This document shows, in pieces, positions 11,401 to 21,196 of a DNA stretch of 64,000 nucleotides; position 1 is the first letter of the stretch, and every line of letters starts with the position of its first letter. The notes beneath the pieces were generated by a model. That model saw only the letters and a list, made by a program, of their open reading frames with translations, did not search any database and was not told the DNA's origin. Made by a program: the position numbers and the translations under genes. This DNA is from Cladosporium halotolerans (lineage: Eukaryota), in the NCBI RefSeq assembly GCF_011745625.1, contig NW_027191473.1:1-64000 (forward strand), read 5' to 3'.

Positions 11401-11516
11401 TTGACGTCGGTCAAGGCGTAGCTCTGCCTTCGGTCAGAGATATGTACCGTGCCGTGGCGGATTTGTACAGTAGGAAGCCGAGAGCGAAAGCGGAGGCGAT
11501 GGAGATCGACGGCTAG
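8445..11516 (+). CDS. NAN1: U3 snoRNP t-UTP subunit Nan1/Utp17 (WDR75), WD40 protein
   Basis: Lys-rich N-terminus from MAGPKSPL. Motifs LHWHREAVSSVKFTPDNQYLISGGKETVLVLWQLETGKKQFLPHL and QALTRNNVT. The ORF-track start at 8139 overlaps RPB10 and is rejected. Confidence 0.9.
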   Translation: MAGPKSPLDATGKKRKQSAEDSPAANNQKRLKKDVANANASTPNKSGKGSAKKDEARQSANGESTPKEQSSLSKKERKELKKEVEQKSASETNPAVATPSKHTKSVPLAPADNTPLTDEQRRQRAAEKKARRQSEKLARAADVAATPQTISKTKSAKKPSSGVTKSNTGKSSAWNMSAASAGRYIARDPIFVTDAAGERYIAAATAREIQVLSLETSLSVRALQISGTVVGFCQEPGSSAISILDSTGNITTWEWEQNKTRVGAAPQTHALKSYVAAHVEVAEGKHRPVRIILSATDKGSTVYIDQKSAYKTKTALTDLRVVGNMDVIMATGSNVVILGRRKASSSDEYIWAELPTSGGLTCASIAIRRDGQPGTPPGLRLAIGNKDGQIHLYEEVSRLFNGKDLPSPRVLHWHREAVSSVKFTPDNQYLISGGKETVLVLWQLETGKKQFLPHLTSEVERLVISPEGDRYAVQMGDNSIMVLSSSELKPVANFAGLQMPVSPQNLGASHGAAQLASVTAILHPQQNDQLLLAVPATQPKTNDDVAARPFLQAFDIYNSRHITRQALTRNNVTDFNLGPERTPIIPPDVAFLAISHDGEWLATVDEWLPPASDVQYLAADEDQVEEEQLKRREVHLKFWQWSSAQSVWTLTTRVDAPHSRASDDSRGAGSVLGLIANPVSRGFVTVGEDAAVKTWRPKTRLRHGMPMKDEQGNEVTEWTCKHNVQLEKQLARVDTPIFDEDDVEAELMGPTSAHLAFSEDGSTIAAAVCYDFMAEAPVAHLIDAYAGEVRHSKDNILAADLCGFGFLDRYLITLSRETLRVWDLVQDTLHYHVTLPQIADEADQPMLAINYQDSTFAVIVPPTKRGRGSVEVFEPQNSESLHRETLAAPVAAILASKGARGYVLLFADATVRMLAKTGTVRRPVMQSKLASAAANAKAEKALSASQKTAVPDLLASAAGGAQEGTALEETEDDRPVVRPEQLASIFDVGQGVALPSVRDMYRAVADLYSRKPRAKAEAMEIDG

Positions 11517-11602
11517 AGTAGCCCAGTGTAGTAGATATTACCACCCAATCATGAATAATCGTTGCTCGCCCATCAAACTTATTTGGCCGTCAATTCCGCA
11601 TT

Positions 11603-12196
11603 CTACCGCTTCTTGCCCACAACCTTGGTGAATCCATCATCGTCCACTTCAGGCTGCGGCCTCTCTCTGGGCTCCCTCGGCGCCTGCTGCACGCCATGCG
11701 GCGCTCTATCCTCGTCCTCGTCCATCTCGTCAATGTCCTCATCATCGCCAACCTCCCCATCTCCGGCATCGACGACCTGCACGTCCGCCTTCATCATCCC
11801 CCGATTCTTCCACCTCCTCTCCAGGTTCTCAAACTCTGCCAAACTTCCCTCCAACAGTCCTTTCCTCAATACCAAGATCGTCCGCGCAACTTCTCCTTCG
11901 GTCTCATCTTCCACGTTGCAGTCAAACTCGTCCTGCATGATTTGCAGCATGAACGCCTCCAGGTCTTCGGCGTCTGTGTCCTGGCGTCCGCCAAACAGGT
12001 CGCTGACTGCTCCCGCAAACCAGTCCCGCTTTTCACTGCTATCGGGACCGCCCCAGCTATTTTGCACGGCGACGTGGAGAGCCGGCCAGAGGGAGAGCGC
12101 GTACCAGATGCCGTTGTCGAAGGCATTTTGCAGCTGCTCTGGGGTAGGTGGGAGGGCGACACCGCCGCCGGGTGCAATTCCTTGTTGAGTGGCCAT
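11603..12196 (-). CDS. TSR2: Pre-rRNA-processing protein Tsr2
   Basis: WPALHVAVQNSWGGPDSSEKRDWFAGAV, MQDEFDCNVED, C-terminal DDDGFTKVVGKKR. Confidence 0.95.
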   Translation of the reverse strand: MATQQGIAPGGGVALPPTPEQLQNAFDNGIWYALSLWPALHVAVQNSWGGPDSSEKRDWFAGAVSDLFGGRQDTDAEDLEAFMLQIMQDEFDCNVEDETEGEVARTILVLRKGLLEGSLAEFENLERRWKNRGMMKADVQVVDAGDGEVGDDEDIDEMDEDEDRAPHGVQQAPREPRERPQPEVDDDGFTKVVGKKR

Positions 12197-12819
12197 GCTC
12201 GTATGATTCGTCTCCTTGTAGATGATCGCAGGTATTTATGGGCGGCTTTTCTCGTTGGTCCTAGATTTGTTGCAACCTGAATGAGCAGCCCAAATATTTG
12301 CCAAAATGACGTACAAAAATTCGAAGACAGAGTTTCCAGTAGGGGTGCTTAATCTGATCAAGGTTCTTCTCTGAAACCCTCTCATTGGCCAGATGGACCC
12401 GTCCGTCACTCCGCACGCACAGGGCGCCTGCGCGTTTCAACTAGAGCGATGCGCGCCAATTGCCCCTGTCCTACTGCATCCTCCCGAACCCTGAAGCCAT
12501 ATTCGTGCGCAGTTGCATCGCGCAGTAATCATTCAGCTGCGACCCTTGTCAGACGCAGCATCTGCGGGCACCCGGTGTGCGAACAGCTTCACTCTTTCCC
12601 CTTGCTCCCGCGCTGCAATATCAACTCGCCAGACCCCCGGGCCGAACTCGACCAAAGGAACCACAACCGACCGGACGGAGACGACAATGACAAGCGGCGC
12701 CGCGATTCGTTGATCCAGCGTCGCGAGCGGGACAGAGCCCTGGATGCCCCAGTTTCCTATCGCTGCAAGATAATATACACTAATAAAATACGACCGCGTG
12801 AGCGGAGCGAAACCGAGCG

Positions 12820-15800
12820 ATGCCGCTCAATACCTTCGGCGTCGTGTCAGCCGTTACACCGTCCGTCATCGAGACCTACTTCTCGCACTTCCTCAATCGC
12901 GCTCCTCTACGCCAGAAGCCCACCGCGCACATTTCCTACCACGAGGGCTTGCGATTGATTCGTCAATTCCTGGATTACTCTGCGAAGCACACCGTCGAGG
13001 ATCTGCAGGCTTTCACGGCGCAATGGGTTCCCGCACCGACGTGGGTACGCATTCAGGATGTCGAGATCAGCGCGCAGTACCTCGAGCGCAGCGCGAGGCT
13101 TCTCCAGGAACAGTTAGGACCGAGAGGAATTGAGCTGGCAGGCGGGAAGACGTGGTGGCAATGGCGGCGGCCGGACGTGCCGCTGAAGGCCGAGTGGGTT
13201 GAAATGAAGAAGGATCACAATGAGCTGAAACGCGCTGGTATCAAGTGGGATAAAGCGATGCTTTACGTACACGGTGGTGCGTACTTCTTTGGTTCGGTGG
13301 ATGAACATCGGTACCAGATCCAGAGGCATGCGCGCAAGTTGAAGGCTAGGGTCTTTGCGCCGAGGTATAGGCTGGCTCCTCAGTTCCCGTTCCCTTGCGG
13401 GCTGCAGGATTGCATTGCTGCGTATCTTCAACTGTTGGAGGAATTTGAGCCCAGCCAAATTCTGTTTGCGGGCGACTCGGCAGGAGGTGGCATGGTCTTG
13501 AGCATGCTCGTGACGCTGAGGGATCAGGGAGTGCCGCTCCCTGCTGGCACCATTCTGCTGTCGCCTTGGGTGGATCTGACACACTCGTTTCCATCCGTTG
13601 CTGGAGACGGTGCCGGCGACTACATCCCTCCGCACGGGTTTCATCACAGGCCTTCCATGGTCTGGCCACCGCCCAACACCGACGAGCTCAGGGATCTCGC
13701 TGCTATTCCGATGAAGAAGAAAAAGTCGAAAGATGACCTTTCGTCCATGAACCACGAGCGCAAGGTGCCGCATGCCGACCGCGATCTATCTCTCTACGTC
13801 AATGGAGAAAGAGTGATCATCAAGGATCAAATTCAGATGTATGCGACGAACCACATGCTGGCGCATCCGTTGGTTTCGCCAGTGCAACAGCCCTCTTTAG
13901 GAGGTCTTCCCCCGATGCTCATTCAAGTCGGTGGCGCTGAGCTTCTTAGAGATGAACAAATCTACCTGGCTCACAAAGCGGCCGATCCCATGGCCTACCC
14001 GCCCAATGAATCGATTATGAAAGAGTACGGTCTTCGACGCGAGGATATCGGTAAATACCCACCGACGGATGTTCAGCTACAGGTGTGGGACGACCTTTGC
14101 CACGTCCCGCACACTCTCTCCTTCACCCGACCAGCCAAGTACATGTATAGAGCTGTCGCTCAGTTCGGCGCATGGGCGCTCGCTCATGCGCAGCACCGAC
14201 CTATCCAGATCATGGATGATGACCAAATTTCAATCATCAGCTCGGGAAACAACACGGAAAACGAAGCCAATGCGTCAACAACAAATCTCTCGAAGACGCG
14301 GTCGAGAGGTGGGGACCAGCCCACCGGCGCGGTTCGGCCATTAGCTCCGAAAGGTCAAAAGCCAAATGGTGAGGTTGGCAAGGCAGGCGCTCCTTTGCCG
14401 CCGTTCAGAGAGCACATGATCCGACAGCGGGTCGATCGTCATGGGGTCATCTATCCTCTTGTGCCGACTTCGGACATTCCTTGCTTGCATCTGGATCCCG
14501 AGAGCGTCGGCGCTATCAAGCCAGGGCCTGCCGGCAAATGGCTCGCGCACAAACGTGCCATGGATTCCAAATTTGCAAGCGAAAAGAAGAAAGTACAGAA
14601 GAAGCGAGTCAAGGAAATGCAGCAGGGCTATGCGTTCGTTGGCGAAGGCGAACACCCACCTCCTACTGCTCTTGCTGGTAGACGAACTGCAGACTTGCCT
14701 CCTGAGAAGCGGCTGAAGAAATCATGGGGCCTCGCCATGTGGTCCGGATGGGGCTCCAGCCACGATGAATCTCAACTTCAACGTGAAGAGACACTGGAGC
14801 GGGAAAGCAGCATTCGCCCGGAAAGCCGTCAACCCAGCGCTGCTGCGAACCCTCCAGCTCATGCCCCGGAGACTGCTGCTTTTAAGCCTTTTGGGTCCAA
14901 TGGCGATGCTATGGCTAGGAGCAGGGGCATGTCTAATTCTTCGCTGGTTTCGGATCTTTCGAAGCAGAATGATAGATCGGTCAGCCCTTTCGTGGCTGGT
15001 GGCGAAGATGGACGCGCGACGCCTAGTGTTCGAGGAGGCAGCAACCTCCGGCCGCCGGAGGACACGATTTCTCGAAGTGTCTCCCATACAAGCAGCAAAA
15101 TCTCAGCTGCCGCACCGCAGCAAGGTCCCGAATCGATCACGAAAACGGTTGCCCCGGCAGAGGTCACGAATGGCCAACACCACATCACCTCGGACCCAAA
15201 CGCGCTCGCTGCCCTGCCGCGCGTTCAATCACCGTCCAGCGACCGTGTGCAATCGCCAACGGAAGTTGGTCCTGTGGGAAGCAGTATTGCCGACGAATCT
15301 CACAAGACATCGTCCGAGGCTCCAGCATCAACCGCCAGTACCACTGATGGACCAGTGTCTTACCCATTCAAGATCCGTAACCCAATCCCAGGATATACGA
15401 GCAGCGTGGCAAGCTCTACAAACGACGATGGAACTGAAGCACAAACGTCAAGCACTTTGTTCCCCGCCGCCGGAGCAAATGGCTCCCGCTCTGCACTCGC
15501 ACGTCCAATTTCCTCCATCAATGCCTTCTCTGATAAAGAAATTGTGATGCCGACGTTCGAGAAGGAGGTCGCATTCGACTCTTCCAACCCATCTACGCCA
15601 ACAGATGGTAAAAACATGCCTTTCCGCATGCGCAATACGCCTGCGGATTCTCGCGCAGGCCCACCACGACTCGACACAAATTCGCTCACTACCATTCCAA
15701 CCAATGTTTCACAGGCGAGCTCCATTCCGGCAAGCCCTTCGGCTTCATACAGGGGTAAGGCGCCCGATGCCCATTACCGCAACCCTGCATTCGACCCGCG

Positions 15801-16569
15801 TGGTGTTGCGGCAAGAGTCTTTGGTGGTAGTCCTCACTCAGAGGCTTCAAACCCTACTGACAATATGTATCCGGCGGGGCCACCTAAGCCCGTAGGATTC
15901 GCATACAACCCTCGCGATCTGCGCAACGCAATGCTCAACCGCGCTGCTGCCGAGAACGCGGCTGCTAGCAATTCTCGCAACAACTCGCCTGCTCCAGCAT
16001 CAGCTGCGACTTATTCTGGCCAGATCTCTCATCCCTTTGGTGGAGCCGTCGAATTGCCTGCGGCGGCAGTCCCACACAAGCCCAGCTACGAGACTCTAAG
16101 TCGCGACTCAACGACGTCCCGCACTTCGGAGGGATCGAAGTCTACCAATGCAACGGGCACCTTCACAGACTTCAAGCTTCCGGATCCCAAACCCGTCGAG
16201 CTCTCCGCAACACCCTCAACCCGCAAACCGCTTTCCCCTTCAACCTCGCAATCACACAAGAGCCCTGAGCTCGCCGTGCGCGAAAACATCACAATGCCTG
16301 TCGTCGAGCCGCCGCGTGCTTCCCGCCCGCCTCCGCCTCCCCCGAAAGATGAGCCCAAATCGCCAGTCCGCTCGCCGCCAGTGCCAGCGAAAGAAATTTT
16401 CGAAAATAACGGCAAACAGCGCAAAGCGAGCCTCGAGCCCGCCTCGCCGTCGAGCGTCCGTGGCAATGCGCCCACGATCGGCGACCTGCCTGGTCTGAGG
16501 GAGGGAAATGGCTCCGGTCTCGACCTAGGCCTTAAGGATGCTGAGAACAAGCCGCCCGCATGGCTTTGA
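12820..16569 (+). CDS. Alpha/beta-hydrolase (HSL-family lipase/esterase) with a long disordered C-terminus
   Basis: LYVHGGAY (HGG oxyanion motif), YRLAPQFPFPCGLQD, AGDSAGG nucleophile elbow, LSPWVDL, GGAELLRDE. Confidence 0.9.
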   Translation: MPLNTFGVVSAVTPSVIETYFSHFLNRAPLRQKPTAHISYHEGLRLIRQFLDYSAKHTVEDLQAFTAQWVPAPTWVRIQDVEISAQYLERSARLLQEQLGPRGIELAGGKTWWQWRRPDVPLKAEWVEMKKDHNELKRAGIKWDKAMLYVHGGAYFFGSVDEHRYQIQRHARKLKARVFAPRYRLAPQFPFPCGLQDCIAAYLQLLEEFEPSQILFAGDSAGGGMVLSMLVTLRDQGVPLPAGTILLSPWVDLTHSFPSVAGDGAGDYIPPHGFHHRPSMVWPPPNTDELRDLAAIPMKKKKSKDDLSSMNHERKVPHADRDLSLYVNGERVIIKDQIQMYATNHMLAHPLVSPVQQPSLGGLPPMLIQVGGAELLRDEQIYLAHKAADPMAYPPNESIMKEYGLRREDIGKYPPTDVQLQVWDDLCHVPHTLSFTRPAKYMYRAVAQFGAWALAHAQHRPIQIMDDDQISIISSGNNTENEANASTTNLSKTRSRGGDQPTGAVRPLAPKGQKPNGEVGKAGAPLPPFREHMIRQRVDRHGVIYPLVPTSDIPCLHLDPESVGAIKPGPAGKWLAHKRAMDSKFASEKKKVQKKRVKEMQQGYAFVGEGEHPPPTALAGRRTADLPPEKRLKKSWGLAMWSGWGSSHDESQLQREETLERESSIRPESRQPSAAANPPAHAPETAAFKPFGSNGDAMARSRGMSNSSLVSDLSKQNDRSVSPFVAGGEDGRATPSVRGGSNLRPPEDTISRSVSHTSSKISAAAPQQGPESITKTVAPAEVTNGQHHITSDPNALAALPRVQSPSSDRVQSPTEVGPVGSSIADESHKTSSEAPASTASTTDGPVSYPFKIRNPIPGYTSSVASSTNDDGTEAQTSSTLFPAAGANGSRSALARPISSINAFSDKEIVMPTFEKEVAFDSSNPSTPTDGKNMPFRMRNTPADSRAGPPRLDTNSLTTIPTNVSQASSIPASPSASYRGKAPDAHYRNPAFDPRGVAARVFGGSPHSEASNPTDNMYPAGPPKPVGFAYNPRDLRNAMLNRAAAENAAASNSRNNSPAPASAATYSGQISHPFGGAVELPAAAVPHKPSYETLSRDSTTSRTSEGSKSTNATGTFTDFKLPDPKPVELSATPSTRKPLSPSTSQSHKSPELAVRENITMPVVEPPRASRPPPPPPKDEPKSPVRSPPVPAKEIFENNGKQRKASLEPASPSSVRGNAPTIGDLPGLREGNGSGLDLGLKDAENKPPAWL

Positions 16570-17227
16570 GGGTATGGCGAGTGCACGCATGGTCTTCACC
16601 GTTTTCTCCTTTTTTTGTAAATACTCTTAGTACATAGTAATACTTGGATACCCAGGCGATGGAGGGCACTTGTCGTTGAATGCCGACCCATTCTGCCAGT
16701 TCTTTTTGTACATACTTAGGCGCCAAGGCGGGGACGGCAATTGTTCTTCTTTTCAAAAGAATTGCCTTACTGTATCTCTTTTGTTCTCACTTCTGAGGCT
16801 GTATAAACTTTGACATTGGCCACCCTAGGTTTTCTCGAAAAGGCTGTGGTAAGATGTACGTGGAAGCTTCAAAAGACCAAATCGCACGCCCATTTCGCAA
16901 AGATGGTGTTGAATGGCGAGAAATACTGTTAACCTTCTACCGCTGTAAAGACGACGGAGTTATAATCTGTATGCGATAAGGCAGCTGCTAGCGGGCACGT
17001 GGCGGGGAGGCCTCGTTGGAGGCAAATTGAGGGACTGCAGGGAATTAGAGGTCCAGCAAATATCATATCTACCTAGCATCCAGGTGCTTTGAAGTGACCA
17101 TTTCGTGCCCATACGCTTCGCTTTCATTGTGATCATCATTCTAGGTTATACCTTACTCAAAAGGAATGTGCTCGTCGCCCTGACTAGTCTCTCTCGTCGT
17201 GTATTCATTCCGGCGTGGAGAGGTCGC

Positions 17228-20200
17228 TTACAGAGGGTTCCGAGGAAATTGTGCAGACCCCCTCGAGGGCGACAAATGACGCTCGGGCATATGCCTCTTT
17301 TCCTCCCGCTCAGGATTGTCCGGACGCCATTCGTAGGGTTCACGAGGCTCTATTCGCGTGTCTGGTGCGCGATCGTCCCGGTCCCCGTACACTCGTGATC
17401 CGCGTGACATCGGCATCTGTCGAGGCGGGTAGCCCCTGTCGTAAGCGTAGCTTCGACCTCCATAAAAATCCGCATATCTTGGGTCTTCTTCCGGGTACGG
17501 ATACCGTTGTCTTGAAGCCGTGGCGTAGTCATCTTCTCGGTCATGGGCGCGACGCGCCCTGTCCGCATCATCACCACCGTGGACTCTTTTGAGGTATCTG
17601 TCAAATTCAGTACTGGCTTTGACCACAGCCTCGAGATGACTGATATGCATGGTTCCCTTCGCGTCTGCTCCAGCCGGCGCTTTCTTGTCTGCTTCAGCCA
17701 GCGCCGCTGCCGTCTGACAGGCGTTGCGGATTTGTCTTCCGTTGCAGATTTGTGTTCCATCATTCAGACATTTCTTGTAGTTGTGCTCGCTCCATCGCAG
17801 TATTGCATCTTTGTCAATTTGAAGCAAAGGGCGAAGCTCCATCTGTCTCAAAATATTGACTTCCCAGATTTTTTGAGTCTGTTTTGCGTCGAGCTTGTCA
17901 TAGTACAGCGTCAGGTGGATGCGAGACTTGAAGGCTTCGTCAAACGCCCCAACCTTGTTCGTAGTGAGGAAGAGTATGCCAGAGTAGTACTCGAGCACAC
18001 GAAGGAAGACTGATACAATCGCATTCCGTTGCAGGTCTCTCTTGTCACCAGCGGCAAGGAACACGTCGGCTTCGTCGAGTAACATCACATAGCCCCAGCG
18101 ATGGGCGAGGTTGAGGATCTGTTCTAAGTTCTCTTGAACCTGTTCTGCAGTTTGCCCGATGTCGCCTTCATGTAATCGTCAGCTCCAGCATAAACGGAAG
18201 AGAATACACTAGATGATGGCACTGACCACAGGTGACTGACAGTAAGGGGCGTCTTGTATACTCAGCAACGCACTCAGCAGTGCTGGATTTTCCAACGCCT
18301 GGAACGCCATGTAAAAGAATTATGACCCCTTTGCCTTTGCCACGAACAAGATCTTCGCGACGATCGTTCTTACCGAGGCCGACCGATTCAGTCGTCGGCT
18401 TCACGCCCGTAGAATGCGTTTCTACGAGACCTTGAACCAATTGCTTATGTTCTTTCTGAAGTATCAAATCTTCAAAAGATTGCTGTCTCTGATCAAGTGG
18501 TCTGATTGAGTTCACCTCTAGCCGGTCTGGGCGATATCAGCCTCGCGAATCGGAAAAACAACATTAATTCCACTTACGCCATTTCCGAGTGCGCAAAACG
18601 TAAGACCAAAGACTTGACGGTAGTAGCAGTTGCCGCTCTGCGGTGAGTTCGGCACCAACACGGCTCTTTTGGAGTAAACCGGAAGTGTGATCGCGCATGA
18701 ATGCCAGCATCCTTTCGTTTTCCAATTCTCGATCGTCGAAGATGGCATTGGATCCTTTACCGATCTCCACAAAATGGATGCTGTCAGTTATTTCACGCTT
18801 TTCTCCAGGTGGTGGACGTCCAAGACCTATGATTGGCGACTCAGCGGGATTCAACTCGTAGTAGTATCCGGCGTCGATGATCACTTCACTGTCAATCTGA
18901 CGGGCGTTAGAAAACTTTCAGCAGCTATCTCATGCTTGGAAACTCACCTGCTCTCGGAATTTACCAATGTCGAACCCACGATATTCACGATGCGCAACTT
19001 GTGAGCTGTTGACCAGCTCGCAAAATTTTGCCCCTCTCAAGCGAAGCGCTGCTTCCTTTGCACTGGGGAAAGGTATTGCCTCAGCTTCGCTTTCATCGCC
19101 CGCCACACGAGCATATTCGATGGGGTACACGAGAAGCGATGTGATGGTCTGGTCGCCCTCCCAAGACTCAATGTTGTACTCGTGTTCCACCGGTCCAAAA
19201 GATTCGCCATTGAAGTCAATGCCGACAGCCAGAATCTGAAAGGGAGAGCTTGAGCCTGCAATTTGGGGGATGATTAGGGCGTTTGCATCAGCGTTGTCGA
19301 TATATGCATCGAGTATTGCACGTCCATTGTGAACACAAAGCACCTGAAGAGCTTGGTCAAGTTTTGGATCGTAAATGATATCGCCAGTGAAGAACAGGTG
19401 CCACAGATCGTCAAAAGCTATCCATGGTTTAGTTCTGTGCCGATACTCGAGGTGAGTCTTAGACTCAGCTCCCAGCTCGTTCTGCATCATCTCCAGTATC
19501 GCCTGTCCGGTAACTTTCTTATTGGCTTCACGGATCTGATCTTTCTTCTCAGCTTGTTCTGGCACTGGAGCGTTCGGCGAATTAGCTTGTTGATCAGGAG
19601 TGCTCTCTGCAATGTTCTCCTTCCCTCCATCTTCGAACTTCTCGCGGTTGTGATCTTGTTCGGGAGGTTTCTCTGACACTGTGACTGATTCATTCAATGG
19701 ATCCGGGGTTGATTTGGTGTTTTCATCTGAACATTGCTCCTTCTCTGGGTCATTGCTAAGGACGTTTTGGTCAGAGGCAAGAATTGGGCCTGGGTTCTCG
19801 TATCTTTTGAGCAGCTCCTTGTAGCAAAGAAACAGTGGTTTGAAAGGCCTCAGGACCGCCTCACCATTCCCCGGCATCGGTGGGCCGACGAGTTCTTCGA
19901 ATATATCCGAAACTCCTGTGTTGAGGAACCGTATGCGCTCAACTCTATGCCCTTCGTTGAGCTTCTCTGCGCTGGTGGTGGTGGCTCCTCTCGCACGTGG
20001 CCAGCGGGTGCTCGCTCGGTTCGCGAGAACGGGTTTCTCGGTAAGAAGAGCGGCGAAGCATGTTGGCTTCGTTTTTGAAATGTCGAGTGTAGTGAATCCG
20101 CCCCAGTCCAACTTAATCGTCGATAAAGTCCCACTTTGCAGGGGTGACATGCGATCTAGCTTGTTCTCGTCATCTTCTTCAACTTCGTCACCTTCTAACC

Positions 20201-20675
20201 ATCCTTTGGCTTGCATGACCTTCTCGATGGCCTTTACTCTGTCTGACATCAACATCTCATAAGCAGCTGTCATCATGAACCATGTCCGCGCCTTCTTACG
20301 CCTCTTCGGTATCGTAAACTCCAGTTTGTCCTCTTCGGAAAAGTAGAGTTGATGATGTTCAGGCCACATCAGTTGTTTTACACTTCTGAAACACTCCTCC
20401 CAGGCTACTTTCATTTGCTTTTCATGGAGTTCTTTCTCTGCGTCACCCAGTTGAGTTGCAGTCTCCGGAATGCTGGCATCTGGATTGGCTTTGCTTGATG
20501 TTCCATGAGCTTCTTCATCGCTATGCACCTCACATCAGGTAGCTTTTCTTTCAGATGACTCTTTGAAGGCTCCGAATGCAGCTGGCGAGATATCCAGAGC
20601 TCTTACAAGCTCAGATGTCCACATGCGATCTGCAGGAAGATCCGAGAAATTGAACTCCGGCGCATCACGAGCCAT
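17228..20675 (-). CDS. DUF7025-type fungal AAA+ ATPase; in-frame TGA at 20537-20535 (alternative start ATG 20414)
   Basis: Exons 20675-18948, 18896-18578, 18526-18227 and 18165-17228. Motifs RPFKPL, IAFDDLWHLF, DLVRGKGKGVIILLHGVPGVGKSSTAECVA (Walker A), LLDEADVFL (Walker B), FLRVLEYYSGILFLTTN, AFKSRIH, NGRQIRNA. Confidence 0.88.
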
Positions 20676-21196
20676 GATAAGGTCTGAAGCTCTGACCTGA
20701 GTTCCAGATGGTAGTGGATTGAGGCTATCCTGTGGCATGTAGCATATAGTAGCGACTCCTGAGCGACTGGAAGGTGAGAAGGCCGGGGCAGTCCAACAGG
20801 CAACCCTTATCGCTCCGACACTGCATTTGGCATGTGAGCAACCGCATCCGCTTGATGTCTGCAAGTGATCGGTCAATGGAGCTTTGGCGAATCAATAACG
20901 TCCATTTATAGTGCCACGTGCTGCCACGTATTCTCGAAATCAGGCTCGCAGGAAGCAGCACTGCTTTTGGGAAACGGTGGCCGCGCCAACGCGCATCAGA
21001 CGCTCGGTAGCTGCAAGTCTGGACCGGCAGCACGAAGTATTGGCGGATTCACGCAGCAAGGCATTCAGCTGGCGCGGGTATCGAATCCATGTCCCTCAGC
21101 CTCGCTTGCGAGCACGATCTTCACTCCACCTCATCGTGAAAGTGTTCTCACGGAAAGGCACTCGCCGATGCAAATCACAGCATCGAGACAACAGAA

